This document shows, in pieces, positions 51,236 through 61,011 of a stretch of DNA of 64,000 nucleotides. This DNA comes from an uncultured Methylomirabilota bacterium (GTDB taxonomy: Bacteria; Methylomirabilota; Methylomirabilia; Methylomirabilales; 2-02-FULL-66-22). The translations under genes and the position numbers were made by a program. The notes beneath the pieces are model-generated. The model saw only the letters and a program-made list of their open reading frames with translations. It made no database searches and was not told where the DNA came from. Each line of letters starts with the position of its first letter. Positions within the stretch are counted from its first letter, which is position 1. Where the stretch lies: positions 3,264,001 to 3,328,000 of the forward strand of contig OY970067.1 of NCBI GenBank assembly GCA_963705305.1. Reading direction: 5' to 3'.

Positions 51236-51331
51236 TGGGGGTACTTTTGGGGGTATAATTTAAGCTTCATGAGTATGTAACGGAACAATAGCGCTATGTT
51301 AGCGAGAATGTTATGGACCCCACCTCCACCA
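51236..51331 (+). other. Candidate att junction: paired arm-type repeats plus tmRNA/tRNA-like 3' end
   Basis: TGGGGGTA x2 at 12-bp period (51236, 51248), AT-rich spacer, CCCCACCTCCACCA at 51318-51331. Confidence 0.55.
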
Positions 51332-51340
51332 CTTGTTAAA

Positions 51341-51554
51341 TATGTCGAAATCCTCGCCGGAACCGCTGAAAAATCGCGGACTTCCGGTGAGGATTTCGAC
51401 TTTCAGGACGCCCGCGGAAGCGATCTGCGGACACCGCGCCAGCAGTGGCACCTGACGGGGGGAGATAGACCATACGCCGGCTGGTATTTACCGGCCTGCT
51501 CGTTCCTGACCCGGAAGGCCAGGATCCTGCCTTGAAGCCCCACGGCCGCCTCGC
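51341..51554 (+). repeat. 214-bp structured repeat, copy 1
   Basis: Colinear with 53208-53421; 19-bp stem 51344-51362/51382-51400 followed by TTT. Confidence 0.92.
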
Positions 51555-51876
51555 CTAGCCCATCCACCTCGCGGGCGGCCCATGCCTGGGCCTGAGCATT
51601 ATGCCGCGGTCCGTGCAGACGCCTGCAATCATTAATCTGGGAATTGCGGGACACCCTCGTCGATAGTCATGTCCGTGGGGATCCGCCTCGGACCGCTCCT
51701 CTCGACGTCCGGGGGGCGGTGGTCCCACCGTGATCGGCGCGAAGGACCGGAGCTGGCGACGGAAACGCGGGGCTTCTTGCGACGGTGTGAAGCTGCCCGA
51801 CCTTCGAAGGGCTCTGCCCCGACCCGGCGTTTCCCGTGAGCTTTCCGGTCGGGCTGTCTGGCGGGCAGGCCGTCCC

Positions 51877-52596
51877 TCAGCGGGTGGGCGGCCCGATGCC
51901 GGAGGCGTGCAGAAGGTACCCGATGGTGTTCCTGACGAACAGGTCGCGGTCCTGCATCCCGGCGAATTCATTCAGGTCCAAGGCGATGCCGATGACGCGG
52001 CCGGCCCCTACGGCCAGCTCGGCGAGCAAGGGATAGGGATAGGAGCCGCCGCCCCCGGAGCTGCCCCCTGCCGAGCCGCCGCCGGCCGCCTGCAAGATCT
52101 CCGTAGCGTCCGCCCGTGGGTTCATGTCATTGACACTCCCGACGGTGATGAAACTGACTCCCGCCAGGATCGGGTGACCGGGCTGGAGCGGCACCGGGGA
52201 CCGGAACGGTGTGAATCGCCAATCGCTGGCCGAACGGATCTGGAACGGAATGATGGAGGCGACGGCGCCGTACCCACCGCTCCCGAAGGATTGCGGCCCC
52301 CCGGTGATCAGGACTGTCCCGCCGTCGTTGACGTACTGCACCAGCCCCTGCTGGACCGGCTCGGGCAGCGCAGGGAAGGCGATGTTGGCCAACACAACCA
52401 CGGAGAAGTCCTTGAGCTGAAACTTGCCCAGGTCCGCCTTCACCTCGGCCCCTGTGGCGGCCTGGATGCTATTGGGATCGAGAAAGCCGGTGTTGCCCAG
52501 GGCCAGGATCATGCGGGCCGACTGGGCTGCGGTGAGTCCAGGCAGGCCCCCCAGGGCCAGAAGGAGGACAATTCCCACGACCAGTCGCCTGCGCAT
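51877..52596 (-). CDS. Secreted class I glutamine amidotransferase-like protein
   Basis: Signal peptide; VVVLANI, YVNDGGTVLITGGPQSFGSGGY, VGAGRV. Confidence 0.75.
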   Translation of the reverse strand: MRRRLVVGIVLLLALGGLPGLTAAQSARMILALGNTGFLDPNSIQAATGAEVKADLGKFQLKDFSVVVLANIAFPALPEPVQQGLVQYVNDGGTVLITGGPQSFGSGGYGAVASIIPFQIRSASDWRFTPFRSPVPLQPGHPILAGVSFITVGSVNDMNPRADATEILQAAGGGSAGGSSGGGGSYPYPLLAELAVGAGRVIGIALDLNEFAGMQDRDLFVRNTIGYLLHASGIGPPTR

Positions 52597-52903
52597 CGCT
52601 TCTCTCCTCTCCTCCGCGTTCCTACGTCGACTCACCACATTGTACAGACCCTCCCGGGCGAAGTAAAGGCAGGTGGCAGACGATGGACATGTGACCCCTG
52701 CAGAGGGGGTCCGACCGAGTTCGCCCATTCTTCGCGGGCCGCTGCGTGGGGAGACTGCTCGTCGGTGGAGACGGCACTCACCGCTGCCGAGCATCACCGG
52801 AGCGCCCTCCAGGCAGAGAAGGCCCGCCTGGAGCCAACCCAGCAGCCCCGGTCCCATACACCTACCCTGCACCCTGTGACGCGGTGGCAGGGCCTAATGG
52901 TCT

Positions 52904-53060
52904 AATAGGCCGGTTGCAGACGTCTTCATGGCCTGAACCGTGATTTGAGCCGGGAGCCGTGAGGCGGGGGGATATCGAGCCAGACCGCTCCAAAGGACAT
53001 GAGCGCCAAATTTGCCTTTGTTGGCGATCTCTCGCTCTCAAACGAATGTTTCGCTCTGCC
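52904..53060 (+). repeat. 157-bp repeat, copy A (IS-end-like)
   Basis: Colinear with 61012-61168, begins AATAGGCCGGTTGCAGACG. Confidence 0.9.
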
Positions 53061-53207
53061 ATCCTTCGGAGACCAGCAGAAGGCTCCGGACGGCTAGGCA
53101 ATACGCAGCCAGACGCCTCTCCGGGTACGTCGTGGGACGGCGGTTCGACTTCCCAGAGGGGAGTCGAGTTTCGCCATATCGTCCTGCCAGGACCACCACC
53201 TATTCGG

Positions 53208-53421
53208 TATGTCGAAATCCTCGCTGGAGCCGCTGAGAAATCGCGGACTTCCGGCGAGGATTTCGATTTTTAGGACGCCCGCGGAAGCGATCCGCGGACA
53301 CCGCGCCAGCAGTGGCGCCTGACGGGGGGAAATAGGCCATGCGCCGGCTGGTATTCGCCGGCCTGCTCGTTCCTGACCGGCAAGGCCAGGATCCTGCCTT
53401 GAAGCCCTGCCGCCGCCTCGC
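53208..53421 (+). repeat. 214-bp structured repeat, copy 2
   Basis: Stem 53211-53229/53249-53267 followed by T-tract; preceded by TCCTGCCAGGACCACCA (53182-53198). Confidence 0.92.
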
Positions 53422-53617
53422 GCTCCTCGTCCAGCGGATTGACGTACTCCTCGCGGCTGAGGGAGCCATGGGGCCAGCCGTGGCGAGGCGAGCTCTCCCG
53501 CTCGGAGAGGCACGAGCACTCGTGACGGTGCTCATGGCAGCCCCCTTAGTGATGGCCGTGGTACGAGCAGTGGTGGTGATGACCGCAGCAGCAACAGCAA
53601 AGGCAGCAGCAGGACAT
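53422..53617 (-). pseudogene. Dead paralog of the Cys/His-rich protein
   Basis: MSCCCLCCCCCGHHHHCSYHGHH*GGCHEH..SREEYV; TAA at 53546-53548; 3' end replaced by the 214-bp repeat. Confidence 0.75.
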
Positions 53618-53778
53618 GCGTATCTTCCTTTCGGTTTGCCCCGCCCGGGTTGGCGCGGACGCACCCCCTCGGAAGGCGGGTGCTGTTACTCGCCATTCTA
53701 CTACACGCTGGCCCCCTCGGCATCCCCATGCGGGCTCACCCTCCGGAGGGCCGGATGCAGCCCGGGCGGTCAGAAACT

Positions 53779-53979
53779 CTACCCGCTACACAAAGGTGTT
53801 GAAGATTCGCTTGTCAATAGGCGCGATTCCTCTGTGGTTACAGCGCATTCCGTCCTTTTCGGATTGAGCTGACATCGAGGAAGATTTCTTCCCCGACAAG
53901 GCGTTCCGATTCGGTCAACCAATTCATGCCGTTACTAGCGAAACGCCGACCGTTATCAACACCTTTGTGTAACGGCTAG
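53779..53979. mobile_element. 201-bp MITE
   Basis: 24-bp TIRs CTA(C/G)CCG(C/T)TACACAAAGGTGTTGA; 9-bp direct repeat TCAGAAACT at 53770-53778 and 53980-53988. Confidence 0.9.
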
Positions 53980-55212
53980 TCAGAAACTGGGCGTGGGGAC
54001 CCGCCCCCAGCCGGTCTCCGAGGGCAGGTCGCGAACATCCTGCACTTGGAGCGTGTGAAGCTCCACGTCGGCCATGAAGAGCGGGCGGCGGCGGGCGTCG
54101 ATCGCGAAGAGGTCTGCAGGATCGGACTGGCCGTTCGGCGTCTCGACCCCGAGGAAGATGATCCTGCGGACGAAGCCGCCCGCGGCGGATTCCCCTTCCG
54201 TGCCCATTGCCTGATGCCTGGCGACGTGCCCACCCTGGAGATGCTCGAAGGGATGGAGAATCCAGTCCGAGATCATGGCCAGCGTGTGGTGGCGCTTGTA
54301 GAGCTGCCACTCGCCGCCGGTATCGGCAATCATTCCCTGCATGACGTAATCTCTGGGCATGACGTAGGCGAGGACCGGTCCCTGTTGCGCCGCCAGGCGG
54401 GCCTTGACCTCGGGCACCTCCAGCACGGCCCCCATTCGATGATCCAGAATACCCAGATCGTTCGGCAGGATCGCCAGGGCGGTGACCGGCCCATCGGACC
54501 AGAGGGGCAGGGCCCGCACGGTGTAGGCCCGCGCCGCGAAGGCACCGCCCAGGCTCACAGCCGCCAGGGCGACAATCAGGACCCCGGCACGGACCGAGTT
54601 GCTGCGGACCGGGACGAGCCGACCGACCGCGTGCTCGACCGGTTGCGGCAGGAACATCCCGCTGTGCTGCATGTGTGTCCGGTACTCCTCCCCGAACTGG
54701 CCGAGCATCCGCCGCTCCTCATCGCGCGCCAGGAGGTAGTACAGGATGATCATGACCGCCCAGAGCGCGATCACCAGGAAGCGGGGCCACAGGATGGCCA
54801 GGCCGAGGCCGGTCGCCGCCAGGCCGAGGTACTGGGGGTGACGGATCCACGCGTACAGCCCGCCCAGGGCTGCGCCCGTTTGAGTGAACTTGCGGTAGTA
54901 GACCTGGCACGCGCAGACGAGGAAGATGGCCGCCCCCGCGAGGAACAGAGCCGAGCCCGCGAGGCGCACGGCGGCCAGCAGGGGATCGGGGGGGACCACC
55001 ATGTGGGGCAGGAAGAAGGCCGTCAGCCAGCGGGTGGCGGGGTGCTGGGCCAGCGACAGGAGGACGGGGCTGAACGCCGCGTAGAAGAAGCCCGCGGCGG
55101 GGCTGATCATGATGAGGATCTCCAGCCCGATAATGAAGTAGAGGACGATCGCGCTCCGCCAGAGCGCTTTCGGTTGTGCCATGGATCTTTCTCCCTGCTC
55201 TGGTGTCTGCAT
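53980..55212 (-). CDS. ICMT/PEMT-family membrane methyltransferase with C-terminal extension
   Basis: GLYAWIRHPQYLG, DEERRM..FGEEY; several TM segments. Confidence 0.82.
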   Translation of the reverse strand: MQTPEQGERSMAQPKALWRSAIVLYFIIGLEILIMISPAAGFFYAAFSPVLLSLAQHPATRWLTAFFLPHMVVPPDPLLAAVRLAGSALFLAGAAIFLVCACQVYYRKFTQTGAALGGLYAWIRHPQYLGLAATGLGLAILWPRFLVIALWAVMIILYYLLARDEERRMLGQFGEEYRTHMQHSGMFLPQPVEHAVGRLVPVRSNSVRAGVLIVALAAVSLGGAFAARAYTVRALPLWSDGPVTALAILPNDLGILDHRMGAVLEVPEVKARLAAQQGPVLAYVMPRDYVMQGMIADTGGEWQLYKRHHTLAMISDWILHPFEHLQGGHVARHQAMGTEGESAAGGFVRRIIFLGVETPNGQSDPADLFAIDARRRPLFMADVELHTLQVQDVRDLPSETGWGRVPTPSF

Positions 55213-55224
55213 AGTTATCTGTTG

Positions 55225-56202
55225 TTACCGTTCCACCACCACGTGAAGCGCGTATGGCGGCCCGCCGTTGAGCTGGGCATCGATCTCCGCCACGCCGGGG
55301 ACCCCGTCGGCCTGGACCTCGAAGCGGACGATGCCGAGCCGTGCGAAGCCGGGGCCGAAGGCCTCCGGCTTCAGGGCAACCGGGACGCCCCGCCGCGAGA
55401 TCTCCCCGATCGGCTCGCCGTCGCTCAGGATCTCCAAGTCACCCCCTGCGGCCGGACGGAGCGAGATGGCCGAGCGGGCCTCATGGGGCAGCGTGACCAG
55501 GAGATCCATGGGGAGAGGTGCGGTCGCGGCCAGCTTCACGTGCTGCCAGTCCTCATCCTGTCCGTTGTGGAGCTGGTTGTACGCGGTGATGACCGGGACC
55601 GGCGCGGCGGTGATGTGGGCGATCGCCTGCCGGGTTCCGGTGAGCGGCCCCGCGCTGTTGAACTGAAGCGTGATGGGGTAATCGCCCGCCTGCCCTGGAT
55701 TCCGCTCGCCCGTGCGAAGGTGAATCGCCTTCAGGCCGGGGCGCTCGGGGGCCGCGGCCGGGATGAATTGATCCAGCGTGATGACGATGGTGCGGGGATC
55801 CTGAGGGTCCGGCGCCACGGTGAAGCGGACGGGGATTGCCTTCTGGGGCCAGCCGTACAGGAGGACCGCCTCGGGATGGACGCCCGGCACCGGGGTGAAG
55901 GCCGCTGGAAACGTGACGCGGATGACGGCCCCGCCAGGGAGCGCATATCCCGGCTCGGCCGGATCCATGGACTTGTCCAGAAGCACCCAGACCTCGAAGA
56001 AGTGCCCGGCCGCAAGTCCCTCGCTTGTCATCGGTTGGTAGCCGATCGTCGCAAGAGGTTCGGCGGCGTGCCCGGTCCCGATGGGCAGCACGACCACCAG
56101 GACGAGTATCACGAGCCACAGCGCAGGCAGAACTCGGGAGCGCCTCCACGGCAGGTGGCTGACGGGTCCAGTCGCCCCAGTTTGTATCACTCTATGTTGC
56201 AT
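55225..56202 (-). CDS. Secreted/periplasmic hypothetical protein
   Basis: Hydrophobic signal region then beta-rich domain; start uncertain. Confidence 0.7.
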   Translation of the reverse strand: MQHRVIQTGATGPVSHLPWRRSRVLPALWLVILVLVVVLPIGTGHAAEPLATIGYQPMTSEGLAAGHFFEVWVLLDKSMDPAEPGYALPGGAVIRVTFPAAFTPVPGVHPEAVLLYGWPQKAIPVRFTVAPDPQDPRTIVITLDQFIPAAAPERPGLKAIHLRTGERNPGQAGDYPITLQFNSAGPLTGTRQAIAHITAAPVPVITAYNQLHNGQDEDWQHVKLAATAPLPMDLLVTLPHEARSAISLRPAAGGDLEILSDGEPIGEISRRGVPVALKPEAFGPGFARLGIVRFEVQADGVPGVAEIDAQLNGGPPYALHVVVER

Positions 56203-56236
56203 GCCGGACCCCCGTTCTCTCTCTTCGAAAACCAGG

Positions 56237-56527
56237 CTAGCCCTGGGGCTGGCCTCCCTTTCGGAGTTCGTCCAATTCCTGGCCGAGGAAACGGAGCCGC
56301 CGCTCCAGCAGGTCCCGCTCTTCCTCCAGCCTCCGCACGTACTCCTCGCGCGAGGGGACGGCAGGCCGCTCCTCCTCCGGAGGATGCCCGTGATGGCGGG
56401 AATGGCAGGAGCCGTGGTGGCCTTCCGAGTGGCAGCCGCAGTGGTGATGGCCTCCATGACAGCCGCAGTGGTGATGACCCGAGTGACAGCAGCAGTGCGC
56501 CTGACATTCACAGCAGCAGCACGACAT
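56237..56527 (-). CDS. Cys/His-rich metallothionein-like protein with coiled-coil tail
   Basis: 96 aa; 13 Cys + 16 His in first 48 residues; RBS GGAGG; paralog at 53617. Confidence 0.8.
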   Translation of the reverse strand: MSCCCCECQAHCCCHSGHHHCGCHGGHHHCGCHSEGHHGSCHSRHHGHPPEEERPAVPSREEYVRRLEEERDLLERRLRFLGQELDELRKGGQPQG

Positions 56528-56886
56528 GGTGATCCCTCCTCTTTCCACTCCGTGGTTCTCACGGGCCCGGTCAGCCGGCGACCCCTGAGATCTTCAGACC
56601 CGACGTGCCCGCCTATCGAAATCGCAGGAAAACATCTCATGGTGTCTTGCGAAGCCCTGCATTTCAATTTCATTCCAAGGCGACCGGACCAGGGTCGTCC
56701 GGGCTCGCCCAGATCGAGACAGGCCGTGCGGATCCCCGCCGCCCAGGCGCGCTCGGCGCGATTCCCTGGGGCGCTGGGCGCCTTGGGTCCCGCCGACGGG
56801 TCGCGGGGGCATCCCCATGCATCACGCCGCGGGCGGCACGCCGCCCTGCATGCCCCTCGGGGCACGAATGGGGAGGCGCTCGTCAT

Positions 56887-57684
56887 TCAGATCGCCTCCA
56901 GGATGAGCCAGATCGAGATGGCTACAAGCAGCAGGGCGAAATATTTCTTCAGCGCAGCCTGGTTCCTCTTTATTGCGTAGCGAGGGCCGATCTGCGAGCC
57001 GACCAACACCCCTGCGGCCAAAACCCCGGTGAGCAGCAAATCAAAGTGGCCGCGGAGCAGGTGGCCGGCAAAGCCGGTTAAGGCCGTCACCCCGACCATG
57101 AGCGACGAACTTCCCACCGCGATGCTCATCGGCACGCCGCCCAGCACCACGATGGCAGGCACCTTCATGAGGCCGCCGCCGACTCCGAGCAAACCGGCCG
57201 CGAACCCCGCCGCAAGCATCACGGGGACCAGCAGAAGGACGTTGATCATGTAGGGATCAGCCACCCCGGTGCGCCGCCACAGCCACCAGTGCGCCGGTCC
57301 GGCGTGGTGGTCTCCCGCCGGGCGGGGCGGCTTGTACATGTAGTGGGCGCCCACAAGGAGGACTCCGGCAAAGCAGATCTTGGCGAAGCCGGCGGGGATA
57401 TACGGGGAGAGATAGCCCCCCAGGAAGGCCCCGATGTTTGTGGGCGGCTCGATCAACAGGACCAGCTTCCAGTCCACCATCCTAGCCCGGGCAAAGACCA
57501 GCATCGAGGAAAATGAGACAACCACGATCAAGACTTGACTGGTGGTGGCGGCCACGTACATCGGCACAGAGAGCGCCAGGAGCATCGGAACATAGAAAGC
57601 CCCACCCCCTTGGCCGAGCATGGAGAAGACGGCCGAGGCAATCAGGAACACAGCACACAGCATCCCTAGAGTATAAAAGGGCAT
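56887..57684 (-). CDS. TauE/SafE (TSUP) family transporter
   Basis: MLGQGGG..VP and LLGVGGG..VP repeats, about 8 TM segments. Confidence 0.9.
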   Translation of the reverse strand: MPFYTLGMLCAVFLIASAVFSMLGQGGGAFYVPMLLALSVPMYVAATTSQVLIVVVSFSSMLVFARARMVDWKLVLLIEPPTNIGAFLGGYLSPYIPAGFAKICFAGVLLVGAHYMYKPPRPAGDHHAGPAHWWLWRRTGVADPYMINVLLLVPVMLAAGFAAGLLGVGGGLMKVPAIVVLGGVPMSIAVGSSSLMVGVTALTGFAGHLLRGHFDLLLTGVLAAGVLVGSQIGPRYAIKRNQAALKKYFALLLVAISIWLILEAI

Positions 57685-57876
57685 TGGGTTCCTCCAACCC
57701 GATGGCCGCCCGGCTCCCCGGGGCCGATGCCCGGGTCCTCGCCCGGCTCGTGAACCAGAGCTCCTGGCTCTGGGAGCCGGATGGGAAAGCGCCGGCCATC
57801 GATTATGGCCGGACGATTCGGTCTTCGGCTCCCTCCCGCAGGATGCAGCTCCCTTCCGGCGTCTCTTCCGGCCGGG

Positions 57877-58470
57877 TCAGAGGGTATGCCCCGCGCAGGG
57901 GATGCAGTGAGGTGCTCCGTCCACCAGGCGGACGTAGCGCTCGAAGGCGTACTCCCCGCACTGCACACACTTCGCCTTGTTGAAGGCGCCCTTCACCGGA
58001 TGGAAGGCAAACTCGGGGCGGGATTCGACTTTGAAGAGAACCTCGTCCGGCTGGGCGAACATCCACTCGACCACCTCGTTGGTCGCCGCGGCGGGGATCT
58101 CCGAGGGCTCCTTGCCGGCCTTGCGGTACTTGAAGAACTCGAAGGGACCCATCCCGTCCATGAATTCCGGCTTCATGGCGATCCGGACGGCGCCCTTGCC
58201 TGGCTTGAAGAGGGTGAACGCCAACTTGCCCACCCCGGTCTTCTCCATCAGGAGCTTCCCGTAGGTGCAGCCGGTGGCCGCCTGGATCCCGTCCACCATG
58301 CAGGTCATCGGATGGCCGACGCCGATCTCTGGGAAGGCAAACAGGCCATGGTCCTTCTCGCGGTCGACGCCCAGCGTTCGCAGGGCCAATTGTCCCATGC
58401 GATAGCCGATCGGCATGAAGGGGCAGCGGTGCCCGTGAAACTCGTATACCCACTGCGGCACGATGTCCAT
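57877..58470 (-). CDS. FmdE-family protein with C-terminal Zn finger
   Basis: FHGHRCP, CMVDGIQAATGCTYGK, CVQCGE..CIPC. Confidence 0.88.
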   Translation of the reverse strand: MDIVPQWVYEFHGHRCPFMPIGYRMGQLALRTLGVDREKDHGLFAFPEIGVGHPMTCMVDGIQAATGCTYGKLLMEKTGVGKLAFTLFKPGKGAVRIAMKPEFMDGMGPFEFFKYRKAGKEPSEIPAAATNEVVEWMFAQPDEVLFKVESRPEFAFHPVKGAFNKAKCVQCGEYAFERYVRLVDGAPHCIPCAGHTL

Positions 58471-58531
58471 AGAGACCTCCTTCCGAGGGAATGCCCCCGG
58501 TGTTCACGTGGAGAATTCTGCGCCCGGCACG

Positions 58532-58712
58532 CTAAGCCGCGATCCAGGCGCGGACCTCCTCGGCCTTCGGGATCCGGCCCGAGAGCTTCACCACACCATC
58601 CACCGCTACCGCGGGCGTGCTCATGACGCCCAGCGCGGCGATCTCCTGCAGGTCCGTGACGGGTGAGATGTCCGCCGCGCGTTCGAGCTGCGCGCACGCA
58701 TTTCGGAGACAT
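58532..58712 (-). pseudogene. Small thioredoxin-like redox protein, N-terminally damaged
   Basis: VTDLQEIAALGVMSTPAVAVDG..GRIP is out of frame with the RBS/ATG at 58712; no CxxC. Confidence 0.65.
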
Positions 58713-58731
58713 GGTACCTCCCTGTCCTGTG

Positions 58732-59148
58732 CTAACCGAGATCCCGAACCAGTTCCCGCACCCGCACCTCGATCTGATCCCGAATGTCCCGGAAGCTGGC
58801 TAAGATCACCTCGGGGCTGCCTTCCGCTGCGGCCGGATCTTCCAGCGGCCAGTGGAGCCGGCGGACCTCGGGTGGGAGGATCGGGCACGACTCGTTGGCG
58901 TGGCCGCAGACCGTGACCACCACGCCCATCTGCCGGGCTAGCTCCCAGTCGAAGGCCTTCGACTGCTGGCCGGAGATGTCGATACCCTTCTCCTGCATCA
59001 CGGTGACCGCGACGGGGTGGAGGCGACTCGGTTTCATCCCCGCGCTGTGGGCCTCCACGCGGCCCTGGCCAAAGCAGCGGGCAAAACCCTCCGCCATCTG
59101 GCTCCGCGCCGAGTTCCCCGTACAGACGAACAAGACGCGCACAGCCAC
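58732..59148 (-). CDS. arsC: Arsenate reductase (thioredoxin-coupled, LMW-PTP fold)
   Basis: CTGNSARSQMAEG, VCGHANESCP, HWPLEDP. Confidence 0.92.
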   Translation of the reverse strand: MAVRVLFVCTGNSARSQMAEGFARCFGQGRVEAHSAGMKPSRLHPVAVTVMQEKGIDISGQQSKAFDWELARQMGVVVTVCGHANESCPILPPEVRRLHWPLEDPAAAEGSPEVILASFRDIRDQIEVRVRELVRDLG

Positions 59149-59164
59149 CTCCGTCCCCCCCGGC

Positions 59165-60238
59165 TTACCGTCCCCAAGCGGGCGCAGCCGCAGGCTTCCC
59201 CTCGAAGTACCGCCGCTGGAACCAGAAGGCGACGTTGACCAGGCTGATCAGGGCGGGCACCTCGACCAAGGGCCCGATCACCGCGGCGAAGGCGGCGCCG
59301 GAGTTGAGCCCGAAGACCGCCACGGCCACGGCGATGGCCAGCTCGAAGTTGTTGCTCGCCGCGGTGAAGGAGAGCGAGGCGCTCGTCGGATAGTCCGCCC
59401 CCAGGCGGTGGCTCAGGAAGAACGAGACGAGGAACATCACGCCGAAGTAGATCAGGAGGGGGACCGCGATCCGGAGGACATCCAGCGGCAGGCGGACGAT
59501 GACCCCGCCCTTCAGGCTGAACATCACGACGATGGTGAAGAGGAGGGCGACCAAGGTGATCGGGGAGATGCGGGGGATGAACTGCGTCGCGTACCAGTCC
59601 TTCCCCTTCAGGGGGATCAGGGTAAACCGGGTGATCACGCCTCCGAGGAACGGGATCCCGAGGTAGATGAACACGCTCTCGGCGATGTCCCGCATGGAGA
59701 CGTGGACCGCCGTGCCCTGGAGCCCGAACCAGCCGGGCAGGACGGTGATGAACACGTACGCGAAGACCGAGAAGAAGAGGACCTGGAAGATCGCGTTGAA
59801 GGCGACCAGGGCCGCGCAGTACTCCGCGTCGCCTCGGGCCAGGTCATTCCACACGATGACCATGGCGATGCAGCGGGCGAGACCGATCAGAATCAGGCCG
59901 ATCATGTACTCCGGATAGGCGTGCAGGAAGGTAATCGCGAGCAGGAACATCAAGATCGGGCCGATGATCCAGTTCTGGACGAGGGAGAGGACCAGCACCT
60001 TGACGTCCCGGAACACGCGGCCGATTTCCTCGTACTTCACCTTGGCGAGCGGCGGGTACATCATGAGGATGAGGCCGAGGGCAATCGGGATCGAGGTCGT
60101 CCCGACCTGGAAGGCGGAGATCCACCGGGTGCTCGCGGGGGCGAGGTACCCCTGGGCCACGCCGGCGAACATCGCGAGGAAGATCCAGAGCGTCAGGTAG
60201 CGGTCCAGGAACGACAGGCGCTGTGCCACACCAGCCAT
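59165..60238 (-). CDS. acr3: ACR3 arsenite efflux permease
   Basis: [45 protein letters not shown]. Confidence 0.96.
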   Translation of the reverse strand: MAGVAQRLSFLDRYLTLWIFLAMFAGVAQGYLAPASTRWISAFQVGTTSIPIALGLILMMYPPLAKVKYEEIGRVFRDVKVLVLSLVQNWIIGPILMFLLAITFLHAYPEYMIGLILIGLARCIAMVIVWNDLARGDAEYCAALVAFNAIFQVLFFSVFAYVFITVLPGWFGLQGTAVHVSMRDIAESVFIYLGIPFLGGVITRFTLIPLKGKDWYATQFIPRISPITLVALLFTIVVMFSLKGGVIVRLPLDVLRIAVPLLIYFGVMFLVSFFLSHRLGADYPTSASLSFTAASNNFELAIAVAVAVFGLNSGAAFAAVIGPLVEVPALISLVNVAFWFQRRYFEGKPAAAPAWGR

Positions 60239-60305
60239 CAGGAACCTCCAGTCAGGAATTTACATGCAGACCCGTGCATATTTCAGAGCCAAAAAACGCC
60301 CCGGA

Positions 60306-60665
60306 TTACCGGCACGCGTAGCGGTCCGCCCGGCCCCGAGCGAGCCGCTTCGCCAGGCGCGCATCGTCTCGCTTGGCCTCGGGCGCGTCGCGCGTGTGCA
60401 CGTCGAGGAGCTTCAGCAGATCCTGGTGCAGCGCGCTCCGCATCACGGCGCCGCTGATCCGGTAGTGCATCCACCGGCCGCTGCGCGTGGCCACGACGAG
60501 GCCGGCTTGGCGCATCTCCCGCAGGTGCCGCGAGACCTTGTACTGGGGCAACTGGACCGCCTCCATTAGCTCGCACACGCACAATTCTTGCCGATAGAGG
60601 AGCCGCAGCAGGCGGAGACGTATGGGATCGGCCAGCGCGGCAAGCAACCGCGTGATTTGTTCCAT
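60306..60665 (-). CDS. arsR: ArsR/SmtB repressor
   Basis: ALADPIRL, ELCVCEL, VSRHL. Confidence 0.93.
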   Translation of the reverse strand: MEQITRLLAALADPIRLRLLRLLYRQELCVCELMEAVQLPQYKVSRHLREMRQAGLVVATRSGRWMHYRISGAVMRSALHQDLLKLLDVHTRDAPEAKRDDARLAKRLARGRADRYACR

Positions 60666-60679
60666 GCTCCTTCCCCCCA

Positions 60680-60759
60680 TTTCGCAATACATGCGAAACA
60701 ATGTATATATAATTCTTCCGGCCGGGAGAGTCAAGAGAAATATGCAATGCTTTGCATAT
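60680..60759 (-). promoter_or_regulatory. ars promoter with two palindromic operators
   Basis: TTGACT-17nt-TATATA on minus; TTTCGCA-n5-TGCGAAA (60680-60698) and ATATGCAA-n4-TTGCATAT (60740-60759). Confidence 0.65.
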
Positions 60760-61011
60760 GTGTACCGCCAACCACCTCTCCACCGGTTGATGGACGGTGG
60801 GCTCCCTTTGGTCAGAGGAAATCGCTACAGGCACTATTCGCATTTAACTTCTCGGCATCGATGCCCCGGATTGCCCCTAGCGGAAACCCAGCCATCTAAT
60901 CGGCGATGATCTTACGATTCCAGGCTGAAGGCAGTCTTGAGGGTTCTGTCTTTTGTACACTTCGGGGAGCCAATCGGCACTCGACCTAAGCGTCGGCATT
61001 ACGGCTGATCC

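Larger units (their letters stand above)
1..51331. mobile_element. Right part of a large integrated plasmid/ICE-like element (left end outside window)
   Basis: Dense ssb/radC/methyltransferase-helicase/TA/parMR content typical of conjugative elements; candidate right junction CCCCACCTCCACCA at 51318-51331; no integrase, relaxase or T4SS seen, so element type and boundary are inferred. Confidence 0.55.

Noticed and set aside
51195..53198. Intact tRNA or tmRNA genes
   Set aside because: Only 14-24 nt 3'-end-like fragments; no D or anticodon arms
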